59,851 nucleotides of DNA from contig JACVCT010000001.1 of assembly GCA_016741895.1 (NCBI GenBank), positions 1-59,851 on the forward strand, in the 5' to 3' direction. A program made the position numbers and the translations under genes. The notes under the pieces are model-generated. The model was not told where the DNA came from, ran no database searches, and was given only the letters and a program-made list of their open reading frames with translations. The stretch is from Gemmatimonadaceae bacterium (GTDB taxonomy: Bacteria; Gemmatimonadota; Gemmatimonadetes; Gemmatimonadales; Gemmatimonadaceae). Positions 21,443 through 34,833 of this stretch are shown here, in pieces (the stretch's first letter is position 1; each line of letters begins with the position of its first letter).

Positions 21443-22219
21443 ATGTCAGACACTACGGCAGCACGCGGGTTGACGATCGATCTGGGCGGGCGTGTCGCGC
21501 TCGTGACGGGCTCCACGCGTGGCATTGGTCGCGCCATTGCCGCCGCGCTGGCCCGCGCCGGCGCGCGCGTGGCCGTCACCGGCCGTGAGCAGAGCAAGGC
21601 CGACGCAGTGGCGGCGGAGCTGGCCGCAGAGACGGGTGCGGACGTGCGCGGCTTTGCCGCGGACCTCTCGGAACCCAGTCAGGCCGCGGCCCTGGTTGAT
21701 GCCGTGGAGCAGGCCTTCGGGCAGCTCGACATTCTGGTCAACAACGCCGGCCTCACGCGCGACAATCTGCTCATGCGTCTCAAGGACGATGACTGGGACG
21801 CGGTCATCAACGCCAACCTGCGTGGTGCCTTCGCGACCTGTCGTGCGGCGAGCCGCGGCATGATGAAGCGACGCTACGGTCGCATTGTAAACGTGGCGAG
21901 CGTGGTGGGGCTCACGGGCAACAAGGGCCAGGCCAACTACGCCGCCAGCAAGGCCGGTCTCATCGGCATGACCAAGTCGATCGCCAAGGAACTGGCCTCG
22001 CGCAACATCCTGGCCAACGTGGTGGCGCCGGGCTTCATCGACACGGACATGACGGCCGCCATGACGCCCGAGGCACGGGCCTCGCTGTCGGCCGGCATTC
22101 CCCTCGAGCGTCTGGGCACGCCCGAGGACGTGGCGGGCATGGTCGTCGTGCTCGCTTCCGACCTGACGGCCTATGTGACGGGTCAGGTCTTTGTCGTGGA
22201 CGGCGGCCTCGTGATGTGA
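21443..22219 (+). CDS. fabG: 3-oxoacyl-ACP reductase
   Basis: TGSTRGIG, NNAG, YAASK, PGFIDTDM. Confidence 0.96.
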   Translation: MSDTTAARGLTIDLGGRVALVTGSTRGIGRAIAAALARAGARVAVTGREQSKADAVAAELAAETGADVRGFAADLSEPSQAAALVDAVEQAFGQLDILVNNAGLTRDNLLMRLKDDDWDAVINANLRGAFATCRAASRGMMKRRYGRIVNVASVVGLTGNKGQANYAASKAGLIGMTKSIAKELASRNILANVVAPGFIDTDMTAAMTPEARASLSAGIPLERLGTPEDVAGMVVVLASDLTAYVTGQVFVVDGGLVM

Positions 22220-22281
22220 GCGTCCCGGGGACGGTCTGCGCAAACCCGCGCCAGACCCTCCCTGTGACGCCCTCAGCTGGC

Positions 22282-22287
22282 TACCTT
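22282..22287 (+). promoter_or_regulatory. Possible internal -10 element for acpP
   Basis: TACCTT just after a hairpin at about 22220-22270, 40 nt before an ATG with RBS AGAGGA. Confidence 0.3.
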
Positions 22288-22327
22288 TCCGTCTCTCAAC
22301 TCCAACAACCCCAGAGGAACCGTTCCC

Positions 22328-22567
22328 ATGTCGGATAACGCGTCGAAGATCAAGGACATCATCGAGAAGGAGCTCGGCGTGGAGCGCGAGAAGCTGACCC
22401 CGGAGGCGAGCTTCATCGAGGATCTCGGCGCCGACTCGCTGGACATCGTCGAGCTGGTGATGGAGTTCGAGAAGGAGTTCAACATCGACATCCCCGACGA
22501 GGACGCCGAGAAGCTGCGCACCGTGGGTGACGCCATCGCGTACCTCGAGGCGAAGGTCGCGGACTGA
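22328..22567 (+). CDS. acpP: Acyl carrier protein
   Basis: [12 protein letters not shown]. Confidence 0.98.
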   Translation: MSDNASKIKDIIEKELGVEREKLTPEASFIEDLGADSLDIVELVMEFEKEFNIDIPDEDAEKLRTVGDAIAYLEAKVAD

Positions 22568-23808
22568 TGCGCCGGCGGGTCGTCGTCACGGGACTTGGAG
22601 CGATCACGCCGGTCGGCAACGACCTGGCGACGACCTGGCAGGGCCTGCTGGATGGCAAGTCGGGCGGTGCGCTCATCACCAAGTTCGATGCATCGGACTT
22701 CAAGGTGAAGTTCGCCTGTGAGGTGAAGGGCTTCGACGTGGGTCTGTACATGGACCGCAAGGAAGCCAAGCGCGCCGACCTGTACACGCAGTACGCCATG
22801 GGTGCGGCGGTGCAGGCCATGACCGATGCGGGCCTCGCCTCGGGGGGCTTCGTGCCCGAAGAGTGCGGCGTCATCATCGGCAGCGGCATTGGTGGTCTCG
22901 CCACCATGGAAGAGCAGCACACGGTGTACATGACCTCGGGCAACCGGCGCATCTCGCCGTTCTTCGTGCCCATGTACATCGCCGACATCGCGGCCGGTGT
23001 GGTGTCCATGCGCTTCGGCGCCAAGGGCCCCAACTTCGCCACCATTTCGGCCTGCTCCACGAGCGCGCACGCCATTGGCGAAGCCTTCCGGACCATCCGG
23101 TACGGTGACGCCGATGTGATGATTGCCGGCGGTTCCGAAGCCGCCGTGCTGCCAATGGCCATCGGTGGCTTCGGCAACATGACGGCGCTCTCCGAGCGCA
23201 ACGACTCGCCGGCCACGGCCTCGCGCCCCTTCGACGCCACACGTGACGGCTTCGTGCTGGGTGAGGGCGCCGGCGTGGTCGTGCTCGAGGCGCTGGAGCA
23301 CGCGGTGCGCCGCGGCGCCCGCATCTACGGCGAAGTGGTGGGCTACGGCGCCACGGGCGACGCGTACCACCTCACGGGCCAGCCCGAGGCGCATGAGGGC
23401 CTGCAGCGCGCCATGCGCCGCGCCCTGCGCGACGCGGAACTCGCTCCCACGGCGGTGGACTATATCAATGCGCACGGCACGTCCACGCCGCTCAACGATC
23501 CGAACGAGATCAAGGCCATCAAGGCCGTCTTCGGTGACCACGCGCGGACCTTGTCGGTGAGTTCCACCAAGTCGGCCACCGGGCACATGCTCGGCGCTGC
23601 CGGTGGCGTGGAGTTCATTGCCTGCGCGCTGGCCATGCGTGACGGAATGATTCCGCCCACGATCAACTATTCCACGCCGGACCCGGAGTGCGACCTCGAC
23701 ATCACGCCCAACGTGCCCAAGGCACGGACGGTGGAGGTGGCCCTGTCGAACAGTTCGGGCTTCGGCGGACACAACGTCTCGATCGCGCTCCGACGCTGGC
23801 ACGAATAG
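22567..23808 (+). CDS. fabF: 3-oxoacyl-ACP synthase II
   Basis: RRVVVTGLG, SACST, NAHGTST, TGHMLGA. Confidence 0.97.
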   Translation: MRRRVVVTGLGAITPVGNDLATTWQGLLDGKSGGALITKFDASDFKVKFACEVKGFDVGLYMDRKEAKRADLYTQYAMGAAVQAMTDAGLASGGFVPEECGVIIGSGIGGLATMEEQHTVYMTSGNRRISPFFVPMYIADIAAGVVSMRFGAKGPNFATISACSTSAHAIGEAFRTIRYGDADVMIAGGSEAAVLPMAIGGFGNMTALSERNDSPATASRPFDATRDGFVLGEGAGVVVLEALEHAVRRGARIYGEVVGYGATGDAYHLTGQPEAHEGLQRAMRRALRDAELAPTAVDYINAHGTSTPLNDPNEIKAIKAVFGDHARTLSVSSTKSATGHMLGAAGGVEFIACALAMRDGMIPPTINYSTPDPECDLDITPNVPKARTVEVALSNSSGFGGHNVSIALRRWHE

Positions 23809-23887
23809 GCCCGGCGGGGCGTACATCGAGTGACAGCGCGACGGCTCCGCTTCCCGGGCCGTCGCGCCGCTTCTGGGGTGCGTCCTG

Positions 23888-25078
23888 ATGCCGCGAGTTG
23901 TACCGTTCGATCTTGATCGTCTGCGTGATCCGGCTCTTCGCCCGATTGGCGAAAAGCTGAACGCTGGTGAGCGCCTGTCGCTGAACGACGGCGTCACGCT
24001 GTTCACGAGCCCCGATCTCAATGGGGTGGGTGCCATGGCCGATGCCGCGAATCGCGCACGGCACGGGGACCGCGTCACCTTCGCGTCCAACCAGCACATC
24101 AATCCCACCAACATCTGCGTGTTGCGGAAGACCTGCGTCTTCTGCGGCTATGCGCGGCTGCCCAAGGAAGCGGGCGCCTACCGCTACACCCTCGATCAGG
24201 TGCTGGCGGAGTCCGACCGCGCCGACGGGACCATCACCCGCGAGTTCCACATCGTCGGTGGGCTCGACATGCAGGCGGGTCTGGCGTACTACACCGAGAT
24301 GTTCCGCGCACTCAAGGCGCGACATCCGCAGGTGCACATCAAGGCGCTCACGGCCGTCGAAATTGCGCACATTGCGCGCATCGAGAAGATGTCGCGCGCC
24401 GATGTGCTGACCGCGCTGCGCGAGGCCGGACTCGACACGCTGCCGGGCGGTGGCGCGGAGACGTTCAGCGCCGCCGTGCGTGAACAGATCGCCGACAAGA
24501 AGCTGGGCGGCACCGACTACATCGACGTGCATCGCACGGCGCATCAGTTGGGCATCCGCTCGAACTGCACCATGCTGTACGGCCACGTCGAAACCATCGA
24601 CGATCGCATGCAGCACCTGGCCATGCTGCGCGACCTGCAGGACGAAACGGGCGGATTCCTGGCCTACATCCCCCTGGCGTACCATCCCGACGACAACGAG
24701 CTCGGCGCCACGCTGGGGCGCACCGGCACCAGCACCACCGGCTTCGACGACCTGCGCAATCTGGCCGTTGGGCGACTGTTCCTCGACAACTTCGAGCACG
24801 TCAAGTCGCACTGGATCATGGTCACGCCCTCGCTCACGCAGGTGGCGCTGCACTTCGGTGTGAATGACATCGAGGGCACCGTGGTGCGCGAGAAGATCTA
24901 TCACGCGGTGGGCGCCCACACGCCGCAGGGCATGACGCTGCCGCAGCTGCTGCAGCTCATCCGCGGCGCCGGCAAGCAGCCGGCCGAGCGGGACTCGTTC
25001 TACCGCGTGCTGCGCGAGTTCGGCCCCGAGGAGACGGGCGAGAACCAGCCGGCTGGCGACGCCATGGCGGTGGCCTGA
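23888..25078 (+). CDS. mqnE: Aminofutalosine synthase (radical SAM)
   Basis: Cys triad CVLRKTCVFC, HIVGG, PGGGAE, MLYGHVE, GTVVREKIYH; adjacent to mqnA and mqnC. Confidence 0.88.
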   Translation: MPRVVPFDLDRLRDPALRPIGEKLNAGERLSLNDGVTLFTSPDLNGVGAMADAANRARHGDRVTFASNQHINPTNICVLRKTCVFCGYARLPKEAGAYRYTLDQVLAESDRADGTITREFHIVGGLDMQAGLAYYTEMFRALKARHPQVHIKALTAVEIAHIARIEKMSRADVLTALREAGLDTLPGGGAETFSAAVREQIADKKLGGTDYIDVHRTAHQLGIRSNCTMLYGHVETIDDRMQHLAMLRDLQDETGGFLAYIPLAYHPDDNELGATLGRTGTSTTGFDDLRNLAVGRLFLDNFEHVKSHWIMVTPSLTQVALHFGVNDIEGTVVREKIYHAVGAHTPQGMTLPQLLQLIRGAGKQPAERDSFYRVLREFGPEETGENQPAGDAMAVA

Positions 25079-25080
25079 GC

Positions 25081-25929
25081 ATGCTGCGCGTGGGTCGCAT
25101 CCGCTACATCAACTGCTACCCGGTGTACGGGGCCATCGAGCGTGGCCTGGTGCCGCTGGCCGGGGAGTTGGTGGATGGCGTGCCCACGCAGCTCAATCAG
25201 CTCATGGCTGATGGGCAGCTGGATGTGAGTGTGGTGTCGGCGGTGGAGTACGCACGCGACGCGCACCGCCTGCTCCTGCTGCCGGAGCTCGGCATCACCA
25301 GTGATGGCCCCGTGCGCAGCGTGATGCTCTTCAGCGCCCGCGCGCCGCAGGATCTTGGTGGTCGCCGGGTGCTGGTGAGCCGCAGCAGCATGACCTCGGT
25401 GGCGCTGCTGGAACTGCTGTTCGAGCATGTGTGGAAGTGCCGGCCGGAGTTCGTGCCCGGTGATGCCGAACTGGCCGACATCGCGCATTTCGCCAACGAT
25501 GATCATGATGCCCGTCTTGTGATCGGAGATGCCGCCCTCAAGCTCTTTCACGAATCGCAGGCTGGCGGCGCCTGGGCCACGCGCTATCCCTGGCAGGAAG
25601 ACCTGGGTGCAGCGTGGAAGGCGTGGACCGGCCTGCCGTTCGTGTTTGCCGTCTGGGTGGCGCAGCGACGCACGCCGGTGCACGAGGCCCTGGCCGCACA
25701 CGCCTCACTGATTGCCTCGCGCGACTGGGGACTGGCCCATCTCGACCTGCTGTCAACGCAGGCGGCCGAGGCCAGTGGGGTACCGGTCCGCACCTGCCGC
25801 GAATACTTCGCGGGTCTCGACTACCGCCTGTCCTACCCGCACCTTGCGGGACTGACCGAATTCTTCCGGCGTCTGGTGCTGGCCGGTCGCGTGCCCGATG
25901 GCACGCTGGCCTTCCTGCCTGCCGCCTGA
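25081..25929 (+). CDS. mqnA: Chorismate dehydratase (futalosine pathway)
   Basis: VGRIRYINCYP, GPVRSV, SMTSVAL, LVIGDAAL, WTGLPFVFAVW. Confidence 0.9.
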   Translation: MLRVGRIRYINCYPVYGAIERGLVPLAGELVDGVPTQLNQLMADGQLDVSVVSAVEYARDAHRLLLLPELGITSDGPVRSVMLFSARAPQDLGGRRVLVSRSSMTSVALLELLFEHVWKCRPEFVPGDAELADIAHFANDDHDARLVIGDAALKLFHESQAGGAWATRYPWQEDLGAAWKAWTGLPFVFAVWVAQRRTPVHEALAAHASLIASRDWGLAHLDLLSTQAAEASGVPVRTCREYFAGLDYRLSYPHLAGLTEFFRRLVLAGRVPDGTLAFLPAA

Positions 25930-25952
25930 GCGCCCTGAACGGAACGCCGCCC

Positions 25953-27005
25953 ATGCGCGACCTGCTCGATTTCTACACCAACGCCCCGCTGCTCGAACTC
26001 GGTCTCGAAGCCGACCGTGTCCGCGAGCAGAAGCATCCCCACGGCGTCGTCACCTACATCGTCGACCGCAACATCAACTACACCAACGTGTGTGTGGCGG
26101 ACTGCGGATTCTGCGCCTTCTACCGGCGTCCCAAGCACGGGGAAGGGTACACGCTGTCCTACGAGCAGATCGGCGAGAAGATCGAGGAGACCAAGGCGCT
26201 GGGTGGCGTGCAGATTCTCATCCAGGGCGGGCACAATCCGTACATCCCGTTCGAGTGGTATCTCGACCTGCTGCGCTACATCAAACGTTACCACCCCATC
26301 CACATCCACGGCTTTTCGCCCAGTGAGGTGGACTTCTTTGCCACGCGCTTCCGGCTCGATGCGCGGGACGTGGTGCGCGAGCTCAAGGCGGCCGGCCTCG
26401 ATTCCATCCCCGGCGGCGGCGGCGAAATCCTCGTGCAGCGCGTCCGTGATCTGGTGGCGCCCAAGAAGGCGGGCGCCGATCGCTGGCTCGAGATCATGGA
26501 GCTCGCGCACAACGAGGGCATGAAGACCTCGGTGACCATGATGTACGGCATCGGCGAGACATTGGCCGAGCGCATCGAGCACCTGCAGCGCGTGCGGGAC
26601 CTGCAGGCGCGCACCAACGGCTTCACCGCGTTCATCACCTGGCCGTTGCAGCCCGAGAACACGCCCACGCTCTCGCACATGCCCAAGACCGACGCCACCA
26701 CCTATCTGCGCACGGTGGCCATCTCGCGCATTGTGCTCGACAACGTGCCCAACCTGCAGTCGAGCTGGGTGACCATGGGCATGAAGGTGGGGCAGTTGGC
26801 ACTGCGCTATGGCTGCAACGACTTCGGCTCGCTCATGATCGAGGAGAACGTCGTCTCGGCGGCCAACACCACCTACCGCACCACCACGGACGAGTTGGAT
26901 CGTCTCATTCGCGATGCGGGCTTCACGCCCGCCCGTCGCCGACAGGACTACTCCATCATCAGTGGCGACGCCGCGCCGGCCGCAGCCGCGACGGTGGCGG
27001 CATGA
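25953..27005 (+). CDS. mqnC: Cyclic dehypoxanthine futalosine synthase (radical SAM)
   Basis: VTYIVDRNINYTNVCVADCGFC, QSSWVT, MIEENVV. Confidence 0.92.
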   Translation: MRDLLDFYTNAPLLELGLEADRVREQKHPHGVVTYIVDRNINYTNVCVADCGFCAFYRRPKHGEGYTLSYEQIGEKIEETKALGGVQILIQGGHNPYIPFEWYLDLLRYIKRYHPIHIHGFSPSEVDFFATRFRLDARDVVRELKAAGLDSIPGGGGEILVQRVRDLVAPKKAGADRWLEIMELAHNEGMKTSVTMMYGIGETLAERIEHLQRVRDLQARTNGFTAFITWPLQPENTPTLSHMPKTDATTYLRTVAISRIVLDNVPNLQSSWVTMGMKVGQLALRYGCNDFGSLMIEENVVSAANTTYRTTTDELDRLIRDAGFTPARRRQDYSIISGDAAPAAAATVAA

Positions 27006-27517
27006 GCAGTGCAGGCGGCATGGTGGCGGGCACGGTGGCCGCCATGCGTGTGGGCATCGGCTATGACTCGCACCGTTTTGCGCCCGGTGGCCCCATGCGC
27101 CTTGGCGGCGTGGATGTCCCGTCCACGGTGCATTGCGCGGGACACTCCGATGGCGACGCCGTCTGTCACGCCGTCACCGATGCCATTCTCGGTGCCGCGG
27201 CGCTCGGGGATATCGGCCAGATGTTTCCCGATACCGATGCCGCCAACAAGGGCAGGGATTCGGTGATGATGCTGGAGGCGGCCGTGGCGCGCGTGCACGA
27301 GGCGGGATGGCGCGTGCACAACGTGGACGTGACCGTCGTGGCGCAGGCCCCCAAGATCGGCCCCAATCGCGAGGCCATGCGCACGGCGCTGGCGGCCGCG
27401 CTGCAGGTGGGCACCGACATGGTGTTCATCAAGGGCAAGACCAACGAAGGCATGGGTTGGATTGGCCGGGAAGAGGGGCTGGCGGTACTCTGCACGGCAT
27501 CGCTGCTGCCGCGCTGA
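27002..27517 (+). CDS. ispF: 2-C-methyl-D-erythritol 2,4-cyclodiphosphate synthase
   Basis: RVGIGYDSH, GHSDGD, GDIGQMFP, KGKTNE (start may be ATG 27044). Confidence 0.96.
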   Translation: MSSAGGMVAGTVAAMRVGIGYDSHRFAPGGPMRLGGVDVPSTVHCAGHSDGDAVCHAVTDAILGAAALGDIGQMFPDTDAANKGRDSVMMLEAAVARVHEAGWRVHNVDVTVVAQAPKIGPNREAMRTALAAALQVGTDMVFIKGKTNEGMGWIGREEGLAVLCTASLLPR

Positions 27518-27577
27518 GCGGCAGTCGACGCCTCGCGCTGCGCGGCACTCACTCGCTTCACCTGACACCACGCCCCC

Positions 27578-28213
27578 ATGATGTCTGAGCTCCTGGCCTG
27601 GCTGATCGGGCTGCCCGATCCCGTGCTCTATGGCATCATTGTCGTGGCGGCCTTTGCCGAGAACGTGTTTCCTCCGCTGCCTGCCGATACCGTCATTGCG
27701 CTCGGGGCCTTCGTGGCGGCGCGCGGCAACGGAACCGAGCTTGGCGTGTGGACGGCCACGATGGTGGGCAACATCGGCGGGGCGATGCTCATGTACTGGG
27801 TGGGCCACCGGTTCGGCCTGCCTCGACTGCAACAGCGTTTTCCGCGTGCCTTTCCGGCCGACGCGGCGGAACGGTTTTCGGAGCGTTTCGCCACGCAGGG
27901 TGTGCTGGCGGTGCTGGTGAGTCGCTTTCTCCCGGCGGTGCGTGCGGTGGTGCCGCCGGTCGCCGGAGCGCTGGGCATCGGGGCGGGACGTGCGTTGCTC
28001 GCCATGTCGGCTGCGTCCGCGCTGTGGTATGGCATCGTGTGTGTGCTGGCCTTCCGCGCCGGAAGCAACGCCGACGTATTGTTGGCGCAGATTGCGACGC
28101 AGCAGCGCAGCATCGGCCTCGTGGCGCTCGGCATCGTGGCCGTGGCTGGTGGCATCTGGTGGTGGCGTCGGCGGCGCGCAGCCGGCGCGGATACCGATCG
28201 CGGGGAGGGCTGA
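27578..28213 (+). CDS. DedA family membrane protein
   Basis: ENVFPPLPAD, SRFLPAVR, TM pattern. Confidence 0.9.
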   Translation: MMSELLAWLIGLPDPVLYGIIVVAAFAENVFPPLPADTVIALGAFVAARGNGTELGVWTATMVGNIGGAMLMYWVGHRFGLPRLQQRFPRAFPADAAERFSERFATQGVLAVLVSRFLPAVRAVVPPVAGALGIGAGRALLAMSAASALWYGIVCVLAFRAGSNADVLLAQIATQQRSIGLVALGIVAVAGGIWWWRRRRAAGADTDRGEG

Positions 28214-28216
28214 GGC

Positions 28217-29176
28217 ATGGGCCGTCCCCGCAAGCTGCCCGACCCCGAGCGCGACCCGGCGCAGTATCCGCGGCTGCACGTGCAGACCTTCCTCGACGTG
28301 TACGCCACCGAGCGCGGCGCATCACCGCGCACCATCGATGCCTACCGCCGGGACGTCATCGACTGTGCGCGCTTTCTGCGGGCGCAGGGGGTCGAGTGCA
28401 TCGAAGACGTGCGTCCCGCGCACCTGCGCGAGTATCTCTACTCGCTCAAGGATGCCGATCCCGAACGTGGCATCGCGCCGCGCGAGAACAGCACGGTGCG
28501 CCGCCGGCTCTCCGCCCTGCGTTCCTGGTTTCGCACCCTCGTCGCCGAAGGGCTCGTCACCGTGGACCCCACCGAGCGCCTCGATGCACCGCAGCGCTGG
28601 CGCAGCTTGCCCGACGTGCTCACGGTGGACGAGGTCACGCGTCTGCTGTCCGCCCCCAGCCTCGATGAGCGGCTCGCCTTCCGCGATCGCGCCATGCTGG
28701 AGCTGGCCTATGGCGCCGGCCTCCGCGTCTCGGAGTGGATTGGTCTGCAGCAGAAGGACGTGCTGCTCGAGGACGGCCTCGTGCGGGTGTTCGGCAAGGG
28801 CAGCAAGGAACGTCTGGTGCCCATCGGCCGCTCGGCCATCGGCGCCGTGGCCGTGTACCTGCGCGAGCTCCGTCCGGTACTCGAGCGCGGGCAGGGCAAG
28901 GGCCTGCTCTTTCTGAACGGACAGGGCAGGCCGCTCACACGCATGGGGGCCTGGAAGATTCTGCAGAAGTACGTGGCGCTGGCTGGCATCGAGAAACACG
29001 TCTCGCCGCACACCCTGCGGCACTCCTTTGCCACCCACCTGCTCGAAGGCGGCGCCGATCTCCGGGCCGTCCAGGAGATGCTCGGCCACGCCGATATTGC
29101 CACCACGCAGATCTACACACACGTCGATCGTGAGTATCTTCGGAGTGTGCACAAGCAGTACCACCCGCGCGGCTGA
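28217..29176 (+). CDS. xerD: Chromosomal tyrosine recombinase XerD
   Basis: GLRVSE, GKGSKER, SPHTLRHSFATHLL, LGHADIATTQIYTHV, C-terminal HPRG. Confidence 0.88.
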   Translation: MGRPRKLPDPERDPAQYPRLHVQTFLDVYATERGASPRTIDAYRRDVIDCARFLRAQGVECIEDVRPAHLREYLYSLKDADPERGIAPRENSTVRRRLSALRSWFRTLVAEGLVTVDPTERLDAPQRWRSLPDVLTVDEVTRLLSAPSLDERLAFRDRAMLELAYGAGLRVSEWIGLQQKDVLLEDGLVRVFGKGSKERLVPIGRSAIGAVAVYLRELRPVLERGQGKGLLFLNGQGRPLTRMGAWKILQKYVALAGIEKHVSPHTLRHSFATHLLEGGADLRAVQEMLGHADIATTQIYTHVDREYLRSVHKQYHPRG

Positions 29177-29221
29177 CATCGTCGGTCCGTCGCGCCGCAC
29201 ACGTCCCGCTTCCGCCGTCCC

Positions 29222-29830
<609 letters not shown>

Positions 29831-30769
29831 CGAGGGACAGCAGCACGCTGCCAATCAGCACCGCGGCCACGACACCAAGCGAGATCCCGATGGGAATGGG
29901 ACGGATCTCGCTGAGCAGCATCTTGACACCCACGAAGGCCAGCACGACGGACAGACCGTACTTGAGCAGGTGGAACTTGCCGATGATGTTGGCCAGCACG
30001 AAGTAGAGTGAGCGCAGGCCAAGAATGGCGAAAACGTTTGAGGTGTAGACGAGGAAGGGATTGCGCGTCACACCGAAAATGGCGGGGATGGAATCGACCG
30101 CAAACACCACGTCAGTGGTCTCCACCAGGACGAGCACCACGAACAGCGGCGTGGCCACAAGCCGCGCCACCCCACCTGGCGAGAGTGGCTCCCGGATGAA
30201 GAAATGCTCGCCGTGGAAGCGGGTGGTGAGCGGGACGAAGCGGCGCACCAGCCGAATGACGGGATTCTGCTCGGGCTCCACGTGTGAACCGCCGCTGAAG
30301 GCCATCTTGAACCCCGTGTAGACGAGGAAGACGCCGAACACGTAGATGATCCAGTGGAAACGGGCGATGAGCACCGCACCGGCCCCGATCATGGCGCCAC
30401 GCATGAGTAGCGCGCCCAGAATGCCCCAGAACAGCACCCGATGCTGCAGCTCGGGCGGAATGCGGAAGTAGCCGAAGATCAGGATGAAGACGAACAGGTT
30501 GTCCACGGACAGGGCCTGTTCCACCAAATAGCCGGCGTAAAACTCGAGCATGGCCTGACGGCCCAGCGCCTGACCCACCCAGACGCCGAAACCGATGGCG
30601 AGCGAGACCCAGAGGGCGCTCCACCCGAGAGCCTCGCGCACCGAGACCGTGTGCGCCTTGCGATTGAAAATCCCAAGGTCAAGCGCCAGCAGAAACAGCA
30701 CCAGCGCGTTGAAACCGATCCACCACGAAAGAGGCATCCCGGACCACAAAGAGAGGAAAGTCGGCCCGT

Positions 30770-30798
30770 TTGCCTTGGCGCGCCGAAACGGGTATCTT
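30770..30798 (+). promoter_or_regulatory. Putative sigma70 promoter of the kdsB-pyrG-kds-lpt-rpoN operon
   Basis: TTGCCT-N17-TATCTT in the divergent intergenic region. Confidence 0.55.
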
Positions 30799-30801
30799 AA
30801 C

Positions 30802-30817
30802 TGGCGTGAATTTTGCT
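30802..30817 (+). promoter_or_regulatory. sigma54 -24/-12 element
   Basis: TGGCGTGAATTTTGCT versus consensus TGGCACG-N4-TTGCW; exact GG-N10-GC spacing. Confidence 0.6.
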
Positions 30818-30843
30818 GCAACTCCGACCCGACGGACAGGACA

Positions 30844-33310
<2,467 letters not shown>

Positions 33311-33311
<1 letters not shown>

Positions 33312-34141
33312 TGTCGGTGTCCGCCGCCCACTTTCCGTCCGATCGGCTCTTTCTCCTGGCCGGTCCCTGTCAGCTCGAAGACGACGCGCTCAACCTGCGC
33401 GTCGGTGAGGCGCTGGCGCGTCTCGCCGAACAGGTGCCCGGCGGCATCGTGTTCAAGGCCAGCTTCGACAAGGCCAATCGCTCCAACGTCGATGGCGTGC
33501 GTGGTCCCGGCCTTGAGGCCGGTCTCGCGGCGCTTGATCGTGTGCGTGCGGCCACGGGTCTGCCCATCCTTACCGACGTGCATGAGCCCGCGCAGTGTGC
33601 CGCAGCCGGCCAGGTGGTGGACGTGCTGCAGATCCCGGCCTTCCTCTGCCGCCAAACCGACCTGCTGTTGGCCGCAGGTGCCACGGGCAAGTCGGTGAAC
33701 GTGAAGAAGGGCCAGTGGATGCACCCGGAGGGCATGAAGGGGGCCGTGCGCAAGGTGGAAGCCGGCGCCACACTCGCGGGACGCACGGTGGGCCCGATGG
33801 CAGTCACCGAGCGCGGCACGTTCTTTGGCTATGGTGATCTCGTGGTGGACATGCGCGCCTTCGCCCGCATGCGTGAGGCCTGTCAGGTGCCCGCCATTTT
33901 CGACGGTACGCACTCGGTGCAGAAGCCCGGCCTTGGCGCCGGCGGCACGAGTGGCGGGGCGCGCGAGTTCATCGCGCCACTCACCTATGCGGCCGTGGCC
34001 GCGGGCGCGCAGGGACTCTTCCTCGAGACGCATCCCGATCCGGACAACGCGCCGAGCGACGGTCCCAACATGATTCCGCTGCATGAATTGCCGGACCTCG
34101 TCATGCGCGCCGTCGACATCTGGGATCGCGCGCGTCGATGA
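33311..34141 (+). CDS. kdsA: KDO-8-phosphate synthase
   Basis: KASFDKANRS, QIPAFLCRQTDL, DGTHSVQ, ETHPDP. Confidence 0.97.
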
Positions 34142-34833
34142 CCTCCTCGCCGTCTGTTGATTTTGTCTCGGGCGACGCAGGCAACAGTGGCGCGTTGCCG
34201 CCGCTTTCGCGCATCGCCCACTTGAGTGACGCGCTCCGTCAGGCGTCCGAGCGCGTGCGCCTGGTATGCTTTGATGTGGACGGCGTCCTCACCGACGGCG
34301 GCGTCTACCTCGGCGCAACGCGTTCGCCGGACGGCGAAGCGCCGCGGCCATTCGAGTTCAAGCGCTACGACATTCAAGATGGCCTGGGCATGGCCATGCT
34401 GCGCGAGAGTGGCCTGACGCTCGCCATCATCACGGGCCGGGTGTCGGAGAGCGTGGCCATGCGCGCCCGTGAGCTGCGCATCCCGCACTGCATTCAGGAT
34501 CCCGAGGCGCGCAAGCTGCCCGCGCTCCAGCGCCTCTGTGCCGATCTTGGTCTCACGCTCGCCGACGTGGCGTTTGTGGGAGACGACCTGCCGGATCTCG
34601 GTGTCATGCGGGAAGTGGGATTGCCCGTGGCCGTGGGCAACGCGGTTCCGGAAATCCGCCGCGTGGCCGCGCTGCAGCTGAACGCGGGCGGCGGACACGG
34701 TGCCGTGCGCGAGTTTGCCGAATGGCTGCTCAAGGCCCGCGGGACCTGGGACGACGCAGTGGAGCGCTACGTGCAAAGCCGAAGCGTCATGAAGGAACGG
34801 TCGGGCCAACCGCAAATGGAGCATACCCAGTGA
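34138..34833 (+). CDS. kdsC: KDO-8-phosphate phosphatase
   Basis: FDVDGVLTDG, GDDLPD, GGHGAVRE. Confidence 0.94.
   Translation: MTSSPSVDFVSGDAGNSGALPPLSRIAHLSDALRQASERVRLVCFDVDGVLTDGGVYLGATRSPDGEAPRPFEFKRYDIQDGLGMAMLRESGLTLAIITGRVSESVAMRARELRIPHCIQDPEARKLPALQRLCADLGLTLADVAFVGDDLPDLGVMREVGLPVAVGNAVPEIRRVAALQLNAGGGHGAVREFAEWLLKARGTWDDAVERYVQSRSVMKERSGQPQMEHTQ

Noticed and set aside
23836-23867. Hairpin between fabF and mqnE as a riboswitch
   Set aside because: Single 10-bp stem with no U tract or further structure; at most a processing or stability element.
28217-29176. Tyrosine recombinase as a phage or island integrase
   Set aside because: Motifs and length fit housekeeping XerD; it sits among core genes with no att repeats or cargo.
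30738-30843. yybP-ykoY (Mn2+) riboswitch upstream of terC/alx
   Set aside because: Expected from the gene family, but I cannot find its conserved elements and the ~105-bp space is filled by the divergent promoter; an Rfam scan would settle it.
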